A stretch of 64,000 nt of DNA from Bryobacterales bacterium (GTDB lineage Bacteria; Acidobacteriota; Terriglobia; Bryobacterales; UBA6623): positions 2,483,767 through 2,547,766 of the forward strand of contig CBDEST010000005.1 in the NCBI GenBank assembly GCA_965242625.1. The letters run 5' to 3'. Each line of letters begins with the position of its first letter. The stretch's first letter is position 1. Under the pieces are notes generated by a model. That model saw only the letters and a list, made by a program, of their open reading frames with translations. It ran no database searches and was not told where the DNA came from. Positions 56,125 to 64,000 of this stretch are shown piece by piece. The position numbers were made by a program, and so were the translations under genes.

Positions 56125-58408
56125 CATCGCTGGCGCCGGGATCGGCGAGTCGCCGGAATTCGGGCTGCTCGCCCGACCGGTGCAGCAGTGGATCTGGAAG
56201 AGCGGCTGGTCCGAGCTGCGCGACATCCAGGAGAGCGCGATTCCGCTGCTGCTGCAGGGCGACCGGGATCTCGTAATCGCCGCTCCGACCGCGTCCGGCA
56301 AGACCGAGGCGGCGTTCGTGCCGCTGCTCTCCAAGGTCGTTGGAAGCGATTCCGGCCGAGCGGGCTTCGCCCTCGTCTACGTCAGTCCGCTCAAAGCGTT
56401 GATCAACGACCAATTCCGGCGCCTGGACGAGCTTTGCGAGGCACTCGAGATCCCGGTTCACAAGTGGCACGGGGACGTGTCCGGAACCGCGAAGGCCCGT
56501 GCCATCCGTGATCCGCGGGGCGTCCTCCTGATCACGCCGGAGTCGCTCGAAGCGATGTTCGTGCGACGCGGGAGCGAGATCCCGCGCCTCTTCGCCGGCG
56601 TCTCGAGCGTCGTGGTCGATGAGTTGCACGCCATGCTCGACACGGAGCGCGGCATGCACCTGCGCTCCCTGCTGGATCGCATCGAGCTCGCCGTGCGTCG
56701 CCGGGTGCGCCGGGTCGGCCTCTCCGCCACGCTGGGCGACATGCATCTCGCCAAAGCGTACTTGCGTCCGCGCGCTGCGGACGAGGTCGACCTCATCAAG
56801 AGCGAATCGGGCGGTCAGGAAATCAGGCTCCTCGTCAAGGGATACGTCGTGGGCGGAGCGCCCCCGGAACACGGCAGCGCGGAGGGGAGCGGCGAGGCCA
56901 TCGAAGATCAGCAGCAGCTAGCGAGCCAGCGCTCCATCGCCGCGCATCTGTTCAAGAGCCTGCGCGGGCGCCAGAATCTGGTGTTCGCCGACTCGCGCGA
57001 ACAGGTCGAAGTGTACGCCGACCGCTTGCGCGAGCTCTCCGAGCGGGCGCACCTGCCGAACGAGTTTTACGCCCATCACGCGAACCTCGCGCGCCAGCAT
57101 CGCGAGTTCGTGGAAGCCCGTCTGCGCAGGGCGACGGAGCCGACGACCGCCGTTTGCACCTCCACGCTGGAACTGGGCATCGATATCGGAGAGGTGGAGA
57201 GCATCGCCCAGATCGGTCCGCCGTTCTCCGTCTCGAGCACCCGCCAGCGGCTGGGACGTTCCGGGCGCAGGGAGGGCAAGGCCGCGATCATGCGCACCTA
57301 TGTCCAAGAATCCTCGCTGGACTCGCTCAGCCATCCGGTGGACGCCTTAAGGATCCGCCTGGTCCGGTCGATCGCCATCATCGAACTGCTGATAAAGGGA
57401 TGGTGCGAGCCGCCGGGGACGACCGCGCTGCACTTGTCGACGCTCGTGCAGCAATGCCTCTCCGTGATTGCCGAGCGCGGCGGCGCGACAGCTCGGACAC
57501 TGTTCGACGCGCTCTGCCGTCGCGGGGCGTTCGCGACCGTCACTTCCGAGTTGTTCGCGCAGGTGCTCCGTTCGCTGGGCACGGGAGACCACCCGCTTAT
57601 CGAGCAAGCCCCTGACGGGACCATTCTGTTGGCGGCGCGGGGCGAGACGCTCGTGGAGCACTACACCTTCTACGCCGTGTTCGGCACGCCCGAGGAGTAT
57701 CGCGTCACGTCTGAAGGCCGGGTGCTCGGCACGCTCCCGGTCGCGTTCGCGGTCGTGGTCGACTCCACGATCATCCTCGCGGGCAAGCGCTGGCGCGTGA
57801 CCGCCGTGGACTCGTCGTCCAAGGTTATCGATGTCGTGCCGGATCCGTCGGGCAAGCCGCCCAAGTTCTCCGGGAGTCCCGGCTTGCTGCACGACCGGGT
57901 CGCCGAGCGCATGCGCGAGGTCTACACCAGCGAGACCGTCCCGCCGTACCTCGATGCGACCGCGCGATCGCTGCTCGCCGAAGCGCGCCGGAATTACAGA
58001 TATCTCAGCTTGGACACGACGCCCATCCTGCAGATCGGATCCCGACAGACGCTGGTCCTGCCGTGGCGCGGCACCGTGGCCACCGAGACGCTGGCACTGG
58101 CTTTGGTCGGGCAGGGGCTGAAGGCGGCCGCCCGGAATCACATCGTCGTCGAAGTCGATAGCGGGGAAGTGACCGTGCGCCGGGCGTTGCGGCAGATTGC
58201 CGGAGGCCGGTCCCCGGATCCAGTTGCCTTGGTCGCGCTGATGCGCGACTTGGAACGCGAGAAGTATCACGCCTACTTAAGCCCTCAGTTGCGCTGCATT
58301 GACGCCGCTTCGGCCCGGATCACCGCGGAAGGCTTACCGGAACTCGCCAGCCAGCTCGCGGGTATCGTCACCTCGCGGGAAGGCGGTCGGCAGAGAGGGA
58401 ATGGGTGA
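56057..58408 (+). CDS. sngC: Lhr-like DExH helicase (Shango SngC-like)
   Basis: Motifs are LRDIQESAIP, Walker A AAPTASGKTEAA, YVSPLKALINDQ, VVVDELHAM and GLSATLG. It overlaps the upstream gene. The alternative start ATG 56096 is equally possible. Confidence 0.8.
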   Translation: MPARTRPSPRTGPMTSSPVSPSDIAGAGIGESPEFGLLARPVQQWIWKSGWSELRDIQESAIPLLLQGDRDLVIAAPTASGKTEAAFVPLLSKVVGSDSGRAGFALVYVSPLKALINDQFRRLDELCEALEIPVHKWHGDVSGTAKARAIRDPRGVLLITPESLEAMFVRRGSEIPRLFAGVSSVVVDELHAMLDTERGMHLRSLLDRIELAVRRRVRRVGLSATLGDMHLAKAYLRPRAADEVDLIKSESGGQEIRLLVKGYVVGGAPPEHGSAEGSGEAIEDQQQLASQRSIAAHLFKSLRGRQNLVFADSREQVEVYADRLRELSERAHLPNEFYAHHANLARQHREFVEARLRRATEPTTAVCTSTLELGIDIGEVESIAQIGPPFSVSSTRQRLGRSGRREGKAAIMRTYVQESSLDSLSHPVDALRIRLVRSIAIIELLIKGWCEPPGTTALHLSTLVQQCLSVIAERGGATARTLFDALCRRGAFATVTSELFAQVLRSLGTGDHPLIEQAPDGTILLAARGETLVEHYTFYAVFGTPEEYRVTSEGRVLGTLPVAFAVVVDSTIILAGKRWRVTAVDSSSKVIDVVPDPSGKPPKFSGSPGLLHDRVAERMREVYTSETVPPYLDATARSLLAEARRNYRYLSLDTTPILQIGSRQTLVLPWRGTVATETLALALVGQGLKAAARNHIVVEVDSGEVTVRRALRQIAGGRSPDPVALVALMRDLEREKYHAYLSPQLRCIDAASARITAEGLPELASQLAGIVTSREGGRQRGNG

Positions 58409-58559
58409 ATTCAGGTGATTCGAGCGGCCGCTTCGGGGTGGTCCTCGGTCCGGCTAACGACAGATTGCAGAGCACTCGGACCGGGTTCGGCGGACAGCGC
58501 ACGCTCATCATGCTGAGCCAGCGCGTACGGTCGCGAGTGCAATCGAGCGACCACCGCGC

Positions 58560-59528
58560 TCAGCGGGCTCGCGTCCAGACAAGCCGGGAATCTTGGCCCC
58601 GCGCCGAAACGTGAAACACCAGCTCCTCGCCTTCCGATCCCAGCAGCATCCCGAACGCTCCCGTCGGCAGCGCAGAACCGGTCTCCACCCACTCCAAGTC
58701 ACCGCTGTCCTGCTGGACTTCGAAGACCGTGATCGGGGGAAATGACCCGCGCAGCACCGCGTTTTCCCACGGCCCTTCCACGAACAGCCGACCCGAGTCG
58801 GTGACCCCTCCGAGCACGATCTGGAAACCTGGCCGGAGTGCCAGCGATCCTCCCGAAACCACGGTGCCTTGGGTCGAGACCACCGTCCAAGTTCCAGCCG
58901 AGGGAGAGATCACGGCAGCATGGTGCCGCGAGGTCAGCAGCAGGGCGCCCTCGGTCGGGTGCCGGAGTCCGGTCGACAGACCCGTCCGCGGCAGGAGGGA
59001 CCGAACCAAGTTGCCGCCCAGGTCGTACTGCCGCATGACGTCATGGACCGGCTTCTCGGTCAAGTCTTCCAACTTCTCGATCCCGATCGCCCACAGGCTC
59101 CCGTCCGCAGTGAATCCGATCTCGCCGGCGGTGAACGGCCACGTGCGCACGAAGCGAATCAGCGACCCGTCCATGCGGAACCACGCCAGCACTGACGTGA
59201 GCCGCCCCTCCCGGTCCACGGCCCCGGCGCTGACGGCGACGCGCCGGTCGAACGACACCGTGACCGCGTCCACTTGGTACTGGAACGTCTTTGGAAGGTC
59301 GAGCGACTGCTGCAGCTTGGGCCCTTCGGTCACATGGTCGATCCGGTACGCGGACATCGATTGGTTCACCGAAGCCACGTGCCCGGATTGGTAACCCGGC
59401 AAGGGCAGGCCGCCGAAGTCCCGGTAGGCGTACGTCTCGCTGCGGCTCGGAACGAGCAACTCGGCGGCGCGAGTCGGAATCGAAACGAGTCCGGCCGCCA
59501 GTGCAAGCAGCGGAATCCAGTTGGTCAT
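58560..59528 (-). CDS. Secreted hypothetical protein (beta-rich)
   Basis: ATG at 59528. The signal is MTNWIPLLALAAGLVSIPTRAAE. I recognised no family. Confidence 0.45.
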   Translation of the reverse strand: MTNWIPLLALAAGLVSIPTRAAELLVPSRSETYAYRDFGGLPLPGYQSGHVASVNQSMSAYRIDHVTEGPKLQQSLDLPKTFQYQVDAVTVSFDRRVAVSAGAVDREGRLTSVLAWFRMDGSLIRFVRTWPFTAGEIGFTADGSLWAIGIEKLEDLTEKPVHDVMRQYDLGGNLVRSLLPRTGLSTGLRHPTEGALLLTSRHHAAVISPSAGTWTVVSTQGTVVSGGSLALRPGFQIVLGGVTDSGRLFVEGPWENAVLRGSFPPITVFEVQQDSGDLEWVETGSALPTGAFGMLLGSEGEELVFHVSARGQDSRLVWTRAR

Positions 59529-59904
59529 GATGTCGAACCTCCTTGGCGTTGCGCGTTTGGTCGATACCGGTTCTAGCAACTGGGTGCCGTGCGATCTCTT
59601 CGGCCGATTGGATCCAAGGAGCACTCGGACGCTTGCCCCGAGAGTCCCTCGGCCAGCTGGCCGCTCAGCCCCAGCCCGAGCACGCCCGACGGCATCGCGC
59701 TCGGCGACACTCCGCGTTCCGGCAAGGTCTTGGGCATACGCATGTAGAGACGCTCCGCGACAGGAACCGTGCAGCGTGTAACGGCGCGCCGTGGAATCCT
59801 TTTGCCCGTTCGCAACCGAGTTCGGCCTAAAGGCTGAGCGAAGGGTGTATGATCCGGCCTGATGGGTTGCACATCTATCCGAGCGGATAGGTAACACTGC
59901 CAAG

Positions 59905-61116
59905 ATGCCTCGGAAGGACAGCGGGCCGGCGGCGGAGCGCGAGAGATTCATCGAGGACTGGCTGGCGGGAGGGTGCCGGGACGTGGCGGGCTTGAGCCGC
60001 ACGTACGGCATCAGCCGCAAGACGGCGCACCAGTGGATCCGGCGTTTCCTGGACGGCGGCGTGGAGGGCCTGGCGGAGCGCTCGCACGCGCGCCGGGATC
60101 GCGCGGGGCGCGTTCCGGCGGAGATGGAGCGGCGGCTGGCGGCGGCGCGCCGCGCGCATCCGACGTGGGGTCCGAAGAAGCTGCGGGCGTGGCTGGGGGA
60201 GACGGAGCCGGGCACGGCGTGGCCGGCGGAGTCGACGATCGGCGAGGTGCTGCGGCGAGCGGGCTTGACGCAGCCGCGGAAGCGTCCGCGGCGAGCCGCC
60301 CCGACGGGCGTCCCGCGCGCCAGGGCGGACGCTCCGAACGCGCTCTGGACGATCGATTACAAGGGGCAGTTCCGGACCGCGGACGGGCTGTGGCTGTACC
60401 CGCTGACGGTGATGGACGCGCACAGCCGCTACCTGCTCGCGTGCGCGGGGCACGGCCAGGTGTCGGGCCCGGCCACGCGGGCGACGCTGCAAGCAGTGTT
60501 CCGGGAGCATGGCTTGCCGGAGCGCTTGCGCAGCGACAACGGCAGCCCGTTCGCCTCGACCGGGGCCGGTCGCCTGAGCAAGCTGGCCGCGTGGTGGTTG
60601 AAGCTGGGCATCGAGTGGGAGCGGATCCGGCCCGGCCGGCCGCAGCAGAACGGGCGGCACGAGCGCATGCACCGGGTGCTGAAGGCGGAGACGGCGCGGC
60701 CGCCGGCGGCCAACCGCCGCCAGCAGCAGGCGCGCTTCGACCGGTTCCGCGACGAGTACAACCAAGTGCGGCCGCACGAAGCGCTGGGCCAGCGACGGCC
60801 CGCGGAGTTGTTCGCGCGCTCGGCCCGGGCATACCCGGAACGCGTACCGGACCCGGAGTACCCGGCGCACTGGGAGCGGCGACGGGTGCGCCGGGACGGC
60901 TCGCTGAAGTTCCAAGGGCGGCAGCCCCATCTCAGCGAAGCGTTGGCCGGGGAGGAGGTCGGGTTGGTCGAGGTCGAGGAGCAGCTGTGGCAGATCTGGT
61001 TCTGCGATTACAAGGTTGCCGTCCTGGATGCAGCCCAAGGGAAGCTCTGGGGAGTCGGTTCCGCCGGTCGCCGCCCAGCGGCCATCCAAGCCGCCATGGA
61101 GACCCCTGAAGCGTAA
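59905..61116 (+). CDS. IS481-family transposase (HTH + rve DDE core)
   Basis: Motifs are GISRKTAHQWIRRF, WGPKKLRAWL, LWTIDYKGQF, LRSDNGSPF and RPQQNGRHERMH...YNQVRPHEAL. The IS ends were not resolved. Confidence 0.85.
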   Translation: MPRKDSGPAAERERFIEDWLAGGCRDVAGLSRTYGISRKTAHQWIRRFLDGGVEGLAERSHARRDRAGRVPAEMERRLAAARRAHPTWGPKKLRAWLGETEPGTAWPAESTIGEVLRRAGLTQPRKRPRRAAPTGVPRARADAPNALWTIDYKGQFRTADGLWLYPLTVMDAHSRYLLACAGHGQVSGPATRATLQAVFREHGLPERLRSDNGSPFASTGAGRLSKLAAWWLKLGIEWERIRPGRPQQNGRHERMHRVLKAETARPPAANRRQQQARFDRFRDEYNQVRPHEALGQRRPAELFARSARAYPERVPDPEYPAHWERRRVRRDGSLKFQGRQPHLSEALAGEEVGLVEVEEQLWQIWFCDYKVAVLDAAQGKLWGVGSAGRRPAAIQAAMETPEA

Positions 61117-61180
61117 CCCGTCAGGTCGGATTAAAGTGTAACCTACCAAGTCAGTCTAACAAGGGCCGAACCGTCACGTG

Positions 61181-61274
61181 TGTTGGAGCGAGATTCAAAT
61201 GTCCGGTCCGCCCGGCGGCCCGCGCGGGTCTGTCCCTTCCGTTGCGGTCAGCCCTCCACCGGGGCCGTGTCATG
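61181..61274 (-). mobile_element. MITE-400, copy 7 (right-end ~95 bp, inverted orientation)
   Basis: tgttggagcgagattcaaatgtccggtccgcccggcggcc...cccttccgttgcggtc matches the reverse complement of the MITE right arm. Confidence 0.55.
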
Positions 61275-61450
61275 GCTACAGAAACCATCAACATACGCAT
61301 GCGTACGAATCATCATCTAGCCACAATGCTGTCAACTTAAGCACGAGGCAACTCAATCCAGTAACGCAGGAGCCTACACTTGTCGGCCCAAAATCGACCG
61401 TCTGCACGCCTAAGTTGACAGTATTGGCCCAAAACTGACTGTCCGCACCC

Positions 61451-62335
61451 TTAAGTCGATGGTATCGACCTTTTGTCCTTGGCAGGCAAGGATTCAACCG
61501 CCTTACGGAATCCTTCCGGATCCCCCAGCGAGATGCTGCGGAATACCATCAAACCGGGATCCGGCTCTGCGACGTTCAATTCCATCCGGTAGTCGAATCG
61601 CTCCCAAGCCCCGGCGTCAAGTCTCATTTCTAGGTTGGTGCAAGCAACTACCACGGTTGGGCTCTCGAGTTCCAAGAGATCGTTCAAGAAACTTTCGCGA
61701 ACGCACTTCAGTTCTTCGACCCGCCAGCCGTCATAGACGTAAGTCGAGTCGCAAATTCGTTCGACCTTCCGCAGAACCAACACACAGGGTGTCTCGGCAG
61801 CAAACTCGCGCAGCCTCTCCAATTGATCTGACCAACGGCCAGCGCGGGATTCAATCTCATCGCGGAACTCAACCAAGAAACACTCGATCTCCAGCTCTCC
61901 CGCAATGTAGCGCGCCAAGTCGAAGGGTTCTTGGATAGCGGTGCCCGATGTGAACACGCAAGTCGGAAGGGGCTCGTCTTGCCGCAAGCGAGGCCCCGCT
62001 ACGCACAGGATCTCTTTGACCATCGCGCGCTGTTCGGGTGTGAGGACTGACGGCGGTTCATATACGTCCTGAAGCTGATCGGTCTCGTAGATAAAATAGA
62101 GTCGATCATCGTCATCGAGATCGGACCAATCGGCCCCCCAGTGTAGGCGGGGCCGCAGATCGTTCATGGAACCGGACCAAATCCATCGCAATCTGTCTGC
62201 GCAGCCTTGCTCGCCATGACCTTCCAGTCGTCTCGCAATATAGGCAGTGCATTCAAGGACATCTTCAATGTCCTTCCGCACGGCGGCACTTGCGAGTCCG
62301 ACCAAGCTGTCCTTCAAATTCTTGTCGAGTTCCAT
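61451..62335 (-). CDS. Hypothetical protein with degenerate AAA+-like core (no Walker A seen)
   Basis: ATG at 62335. CVLVLRKVERI resembles Walker B. VVVACTNLEMRLDAGAWERFDYRMEL resembles sensor-1 plus the RFD box. The P-loop position reads TSGTAIQEP. The DNA is AT-richer. Confidence 0.4.
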   Translation of the reverse strand: MELDKNLKDSLVGLASAAVRKDIEDVLECTAYIARRLEGHGEQGCADRLRWIWSGSMNDLRPRLHWGADWSDLDDDDRLYFIYETDQLQDVYEPPSVLTPEQRAMVKEILCVAGPRLRQDEPLPTCVFTSGTAIQEPFDLARYIAGELEIECFLVEFRDEIESRAGRWSDQLERLREFAAETPCVLVLRKVERICDSTYVYDGWRVEELKCVRESFLNDLLELESPTVVVACTNLEMRLDAGAWERFDYRMELNVAEPDPGLMVFRSISLGDPEGFRKAVESLPAKDKRSIPST

Positions 62336-62678
62336 AGCGCGATCATACCATCTCTTGCGACGGCCCGGTCATCCCTCTTGAGGGCCATCGCGGAGAACGG
62401 CCCGACCGGGATCGTGACGATCGGCCCGCCCTCGCCGTGGTTGTCGCGGAGCGCCGCGCTTCGGCGGTTCCGTAGGCGGGCGTTGCCTTGGCCAGCGAGA
62501 GTTGCTTACGGACGTTCCGGTGCGCGTAGCGCGATCGAGCGCAGGCCTGCCGCCCACAACCTGTCAGGTGTCTCGTCTTCCTCTTCGAGGTAGCGTGTTC
62601 CACGGCCGGCGAGGGTGGTGCTCTCACGCGCTGGTTCGCCGTGTCACTGGCGACGGCGACGACTCCCCCGAAGCCTGA

Positions 62679-62910
62679 GACTGCGCGATTCGAGGCAATC
62701 TGAACTCGCGCCCGGTTCCGAGAAACGCACCTGCCGCCGTTCGGACTTACAAGCTCGGAGGCTATCAGGTGCTCAAGAAGCTGGTGTCCTACCGCGAACG
62801 CGAAAGCATGGGGCGTCCGTTGACCGAACGCGAGGCCCCGCGCTTTAGCGGTGTGGCCCGACGAATCGTGGCGTTGCTACGGGTTGGCGCCGACATTGAG
62901 GGCGTCACGC
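62679..62910 (+). pseudogene. 3' remnant of a type ISP / type IIG restriction-modification enzyme gene
   Basis: VRTYKLGGYQVLKKLVSYRERESMGRPLTEREAPRFSGVARRIVALLRVGADIEG matches the remembered conserved C-terminus (GGYQV-KWL-R...GR-L...I). An in-frame stop lies at 62676 just upstream. Confidence 0.5.
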
Positions 62911-63039
62911 GATGGCACCCGTCCATAAAGCAAGAGCCACCCGTCGGGGTGGCTCTTGAGCCGACAGCACGCTGCCGGCGGGTATTTCTTATCCTACAGC
63001 AGCTCTGGCGTAAACGCAAGGGGGGTCTCAGATTTTTTT

Positions 63040-63260
63040 GTAACTGCCTTGGTACTCTGCTCGGTCCGGGTTGCAGCCATGGGGCGATGGGTGCCGGGGC
63101 GTAGAGGTCGGATGTCGCTCCGGCAAGTGCTCAGGCGGTCAGTCGGGGCACCCGGGCTCGACGTTGCGGCAGACCCACGACCCGGATCACGTGGCGACAC
63201 TTCTGCCGTCGAGCTGCGGCGCACCGCTGCCGGCAGCGGGGGCCACATGCGACTGGCCCA
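63040..63260 (+). mobile_element. IS66-like remnant (left TIR + internally deleted tnpC 5' part)
   Basis: gtaactgccttggtactctgctcggtccgggttgcagcc parallels the 23437 left end. SGGQSGHPGSTLRQTHDPDHV parallels TnpC SGGQPGHPGTTLKQTADPDHI. Confidence 0.55.
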
Positions 63261-63453
63261 GCACTGTTGCGTCCGGGCGAGGTGCGCCCCACCGATTGAG
63301 CCCTCAGGCTCGGCAGATCGTCGGCGCATCCGGACAGCTACCGTAAGTCCAGCTTCGGCTTGGAACAACCAGTTCGGCAGCGCGAGTCGGAATCGGCTAC
63401 GGAGGCAGCGCTAGTCCGAGATAAACGCCTGTACGCCTGGACTGGTGCTTCGG

Positions 63454-64000
63454 CTACCAGCCATCGGGTCGCACGATCGAAGTGCTTGGTATACGATCCG
63501 GGAGTTGCGAGACTCGGAGCATGTTCTCACGAATGTGCCGCACGTGAGTGGCAGCGCTCCGCAACGTCGGAGCGATTGTCCAGCGACTCGGACAAACTGC
63601 GATCACTGTCTTGCCACGTTCTTCGGCGACCATGCGGATCGGTTCGACGAGGTCAGTATCATTCGACACTACCGCAGCGACATCAAAGCAATCCTTCCAA
63701 GCATCGTTCAAGAGATGGACAGCCAAGTTCACATCTGACCCCTTTTCCTCCAGTGTGTGCGCCTCGGCAATCACCGAGTTGCGGACTGGCGGTGCGTTTC
63801 GCTTCCGGTACTTCGCGCTACTAGGCTGCCGCTTCGGATAGTGTCCGACGGGCAGGACCGGATCGTCGGTATCTGACATGGCGACAGAGTGCGCCCCTTC
63901 GCGAATCGTGACGGTGGGCGTTGCATCGATCTCGCAGTCTGCGACCGGCAGATTAAGGAGCGGTCGCCATATCGCTTTGCTGTGAAATAAGGTCAGGATC
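63454..64000 (-). CDS. NYN-domain (PIN-like, LabA/limkain-type) protein; 5' end outside window
   Basis: EEKGSDVNLAVHLLNDAWKDCFDVAAVVSNDTDLVEPIRMVAEERGKTVIAV ... SQLPDRIP...IVRPDGW. The frame stays open upstream of M63879 to the window edge. Confidence 0.65.
   Translation of the reverse strand, partial: ILTLFHSKAIWRPLLNLPVADCEIDATPTVTIREGAHSVAMSDTDDPVLPVGHYPKRQPSSAKYRKRNAPPVRNSVIAEAHTLEEKGSDVNLAVHLLNDAWKDCFDVAAVVSNDTDLVEPIRMVAEERGKTVIAVCPSRWTIAPTLRSAATHVRHIRENMLRVSQLPDRIPSTSIVRPDGW

Noticed and set aside
59875-61149. Long antisense and alternative-frame ORFs (424 aa, 378 aa, 273 aa) overlap the IS481 transposase.
   Set aside because: They show the same GC-driven shadow-ORF pattern. The plus-strand 59905..61116 frame alone carries HTH and DDE motifs.
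61333-61460. Two ~36-nt direct repeats (61385-61420, 61425-61460; 27/36 matches by my count) and an inverted partial copy (gtcaacttaagcac) lie around the 3' end of 61451..62335.
   Set aside because: There are only two imperfect copies in AT-richer DNA, and one overlaps the stop codon. This could be chance or an IS481-adjacent remnant. It is not enough to call a regulatory site.
1-64000. I looked for rRNA, tRNA, tmRNA, riboswitch and CRISPR signatures.
   Set aside because: I recognised none by eye. Without tRNAscan, Infernal or a CRISPR finder I cannot exclude small RNA genes, especially in intergenic stretches such as 11650-12000, 14170-14390, 41260-41910 and 52000-52580.

Overview
This is a high-GC bacterial chromosomal segment. 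Hand counts of ordinary 60-nt lines give about 65-70% GC. The likely source is Planctomycetota: the window has the PSCyt/DUF1549/DUF1553 + DUF1501 gene pair at 35.7-40.5 kb and a ~1,600-aa repeat-rich putative surface lipoprotein at 30.3-35.1 kb. Most of the remainder is rearranged accessory DNA. (1) A repeat family is built from two Uma2-type endonuclease paralogs plus a decayed 3' end of the big lipoprotein gene, present as 8 full or partial units. (2) There are two non-autonomous TIR element families: a ~400-bp one with 7 copies or fragments, and a 107-bp one with 2 copies and TA duplications inside CTAG. (3) IS66, IS481 and another DDE-integrase IS are present, along with remnants. (4) Conflict and defence genes include a TerB/ATPase/Lhr-helicase trio matching Shango, a beta-class DNA methyltransferase-HNH fusion, HigBA, two ParS/RES-type pairs, a PIN fusion, an Rpn nuclease, a type ISP R-M remnant and a NYN protein. 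Three hunt candidates stand out. First, a minus-strand TIR / TIR / stand-alone SLOG-like cassette (20740-23396) in AT-richer DNA is bracketed by IS66 ends; it looks Thoeris-like but has no recognisable effector, and an IS66 copy may have split it from a very AT-rich membrane-protein gene. Second, the methyltransferase-HNH gene sits in a 1,445-bp insertion with 27-bp terminal inverted repeats and a 10-11-bp target duplication, and paralogous copies in the same window preserve the empty site. Third, a divergent ARPP-1-like / NrtR-like Nudix pair adds to a window-wide NAD/ADP-ribose theme. I recognised no rRNA, tRNA or CRISPR array by eye. All family assignments come from motif recognition by eye; no database search or computation was run.
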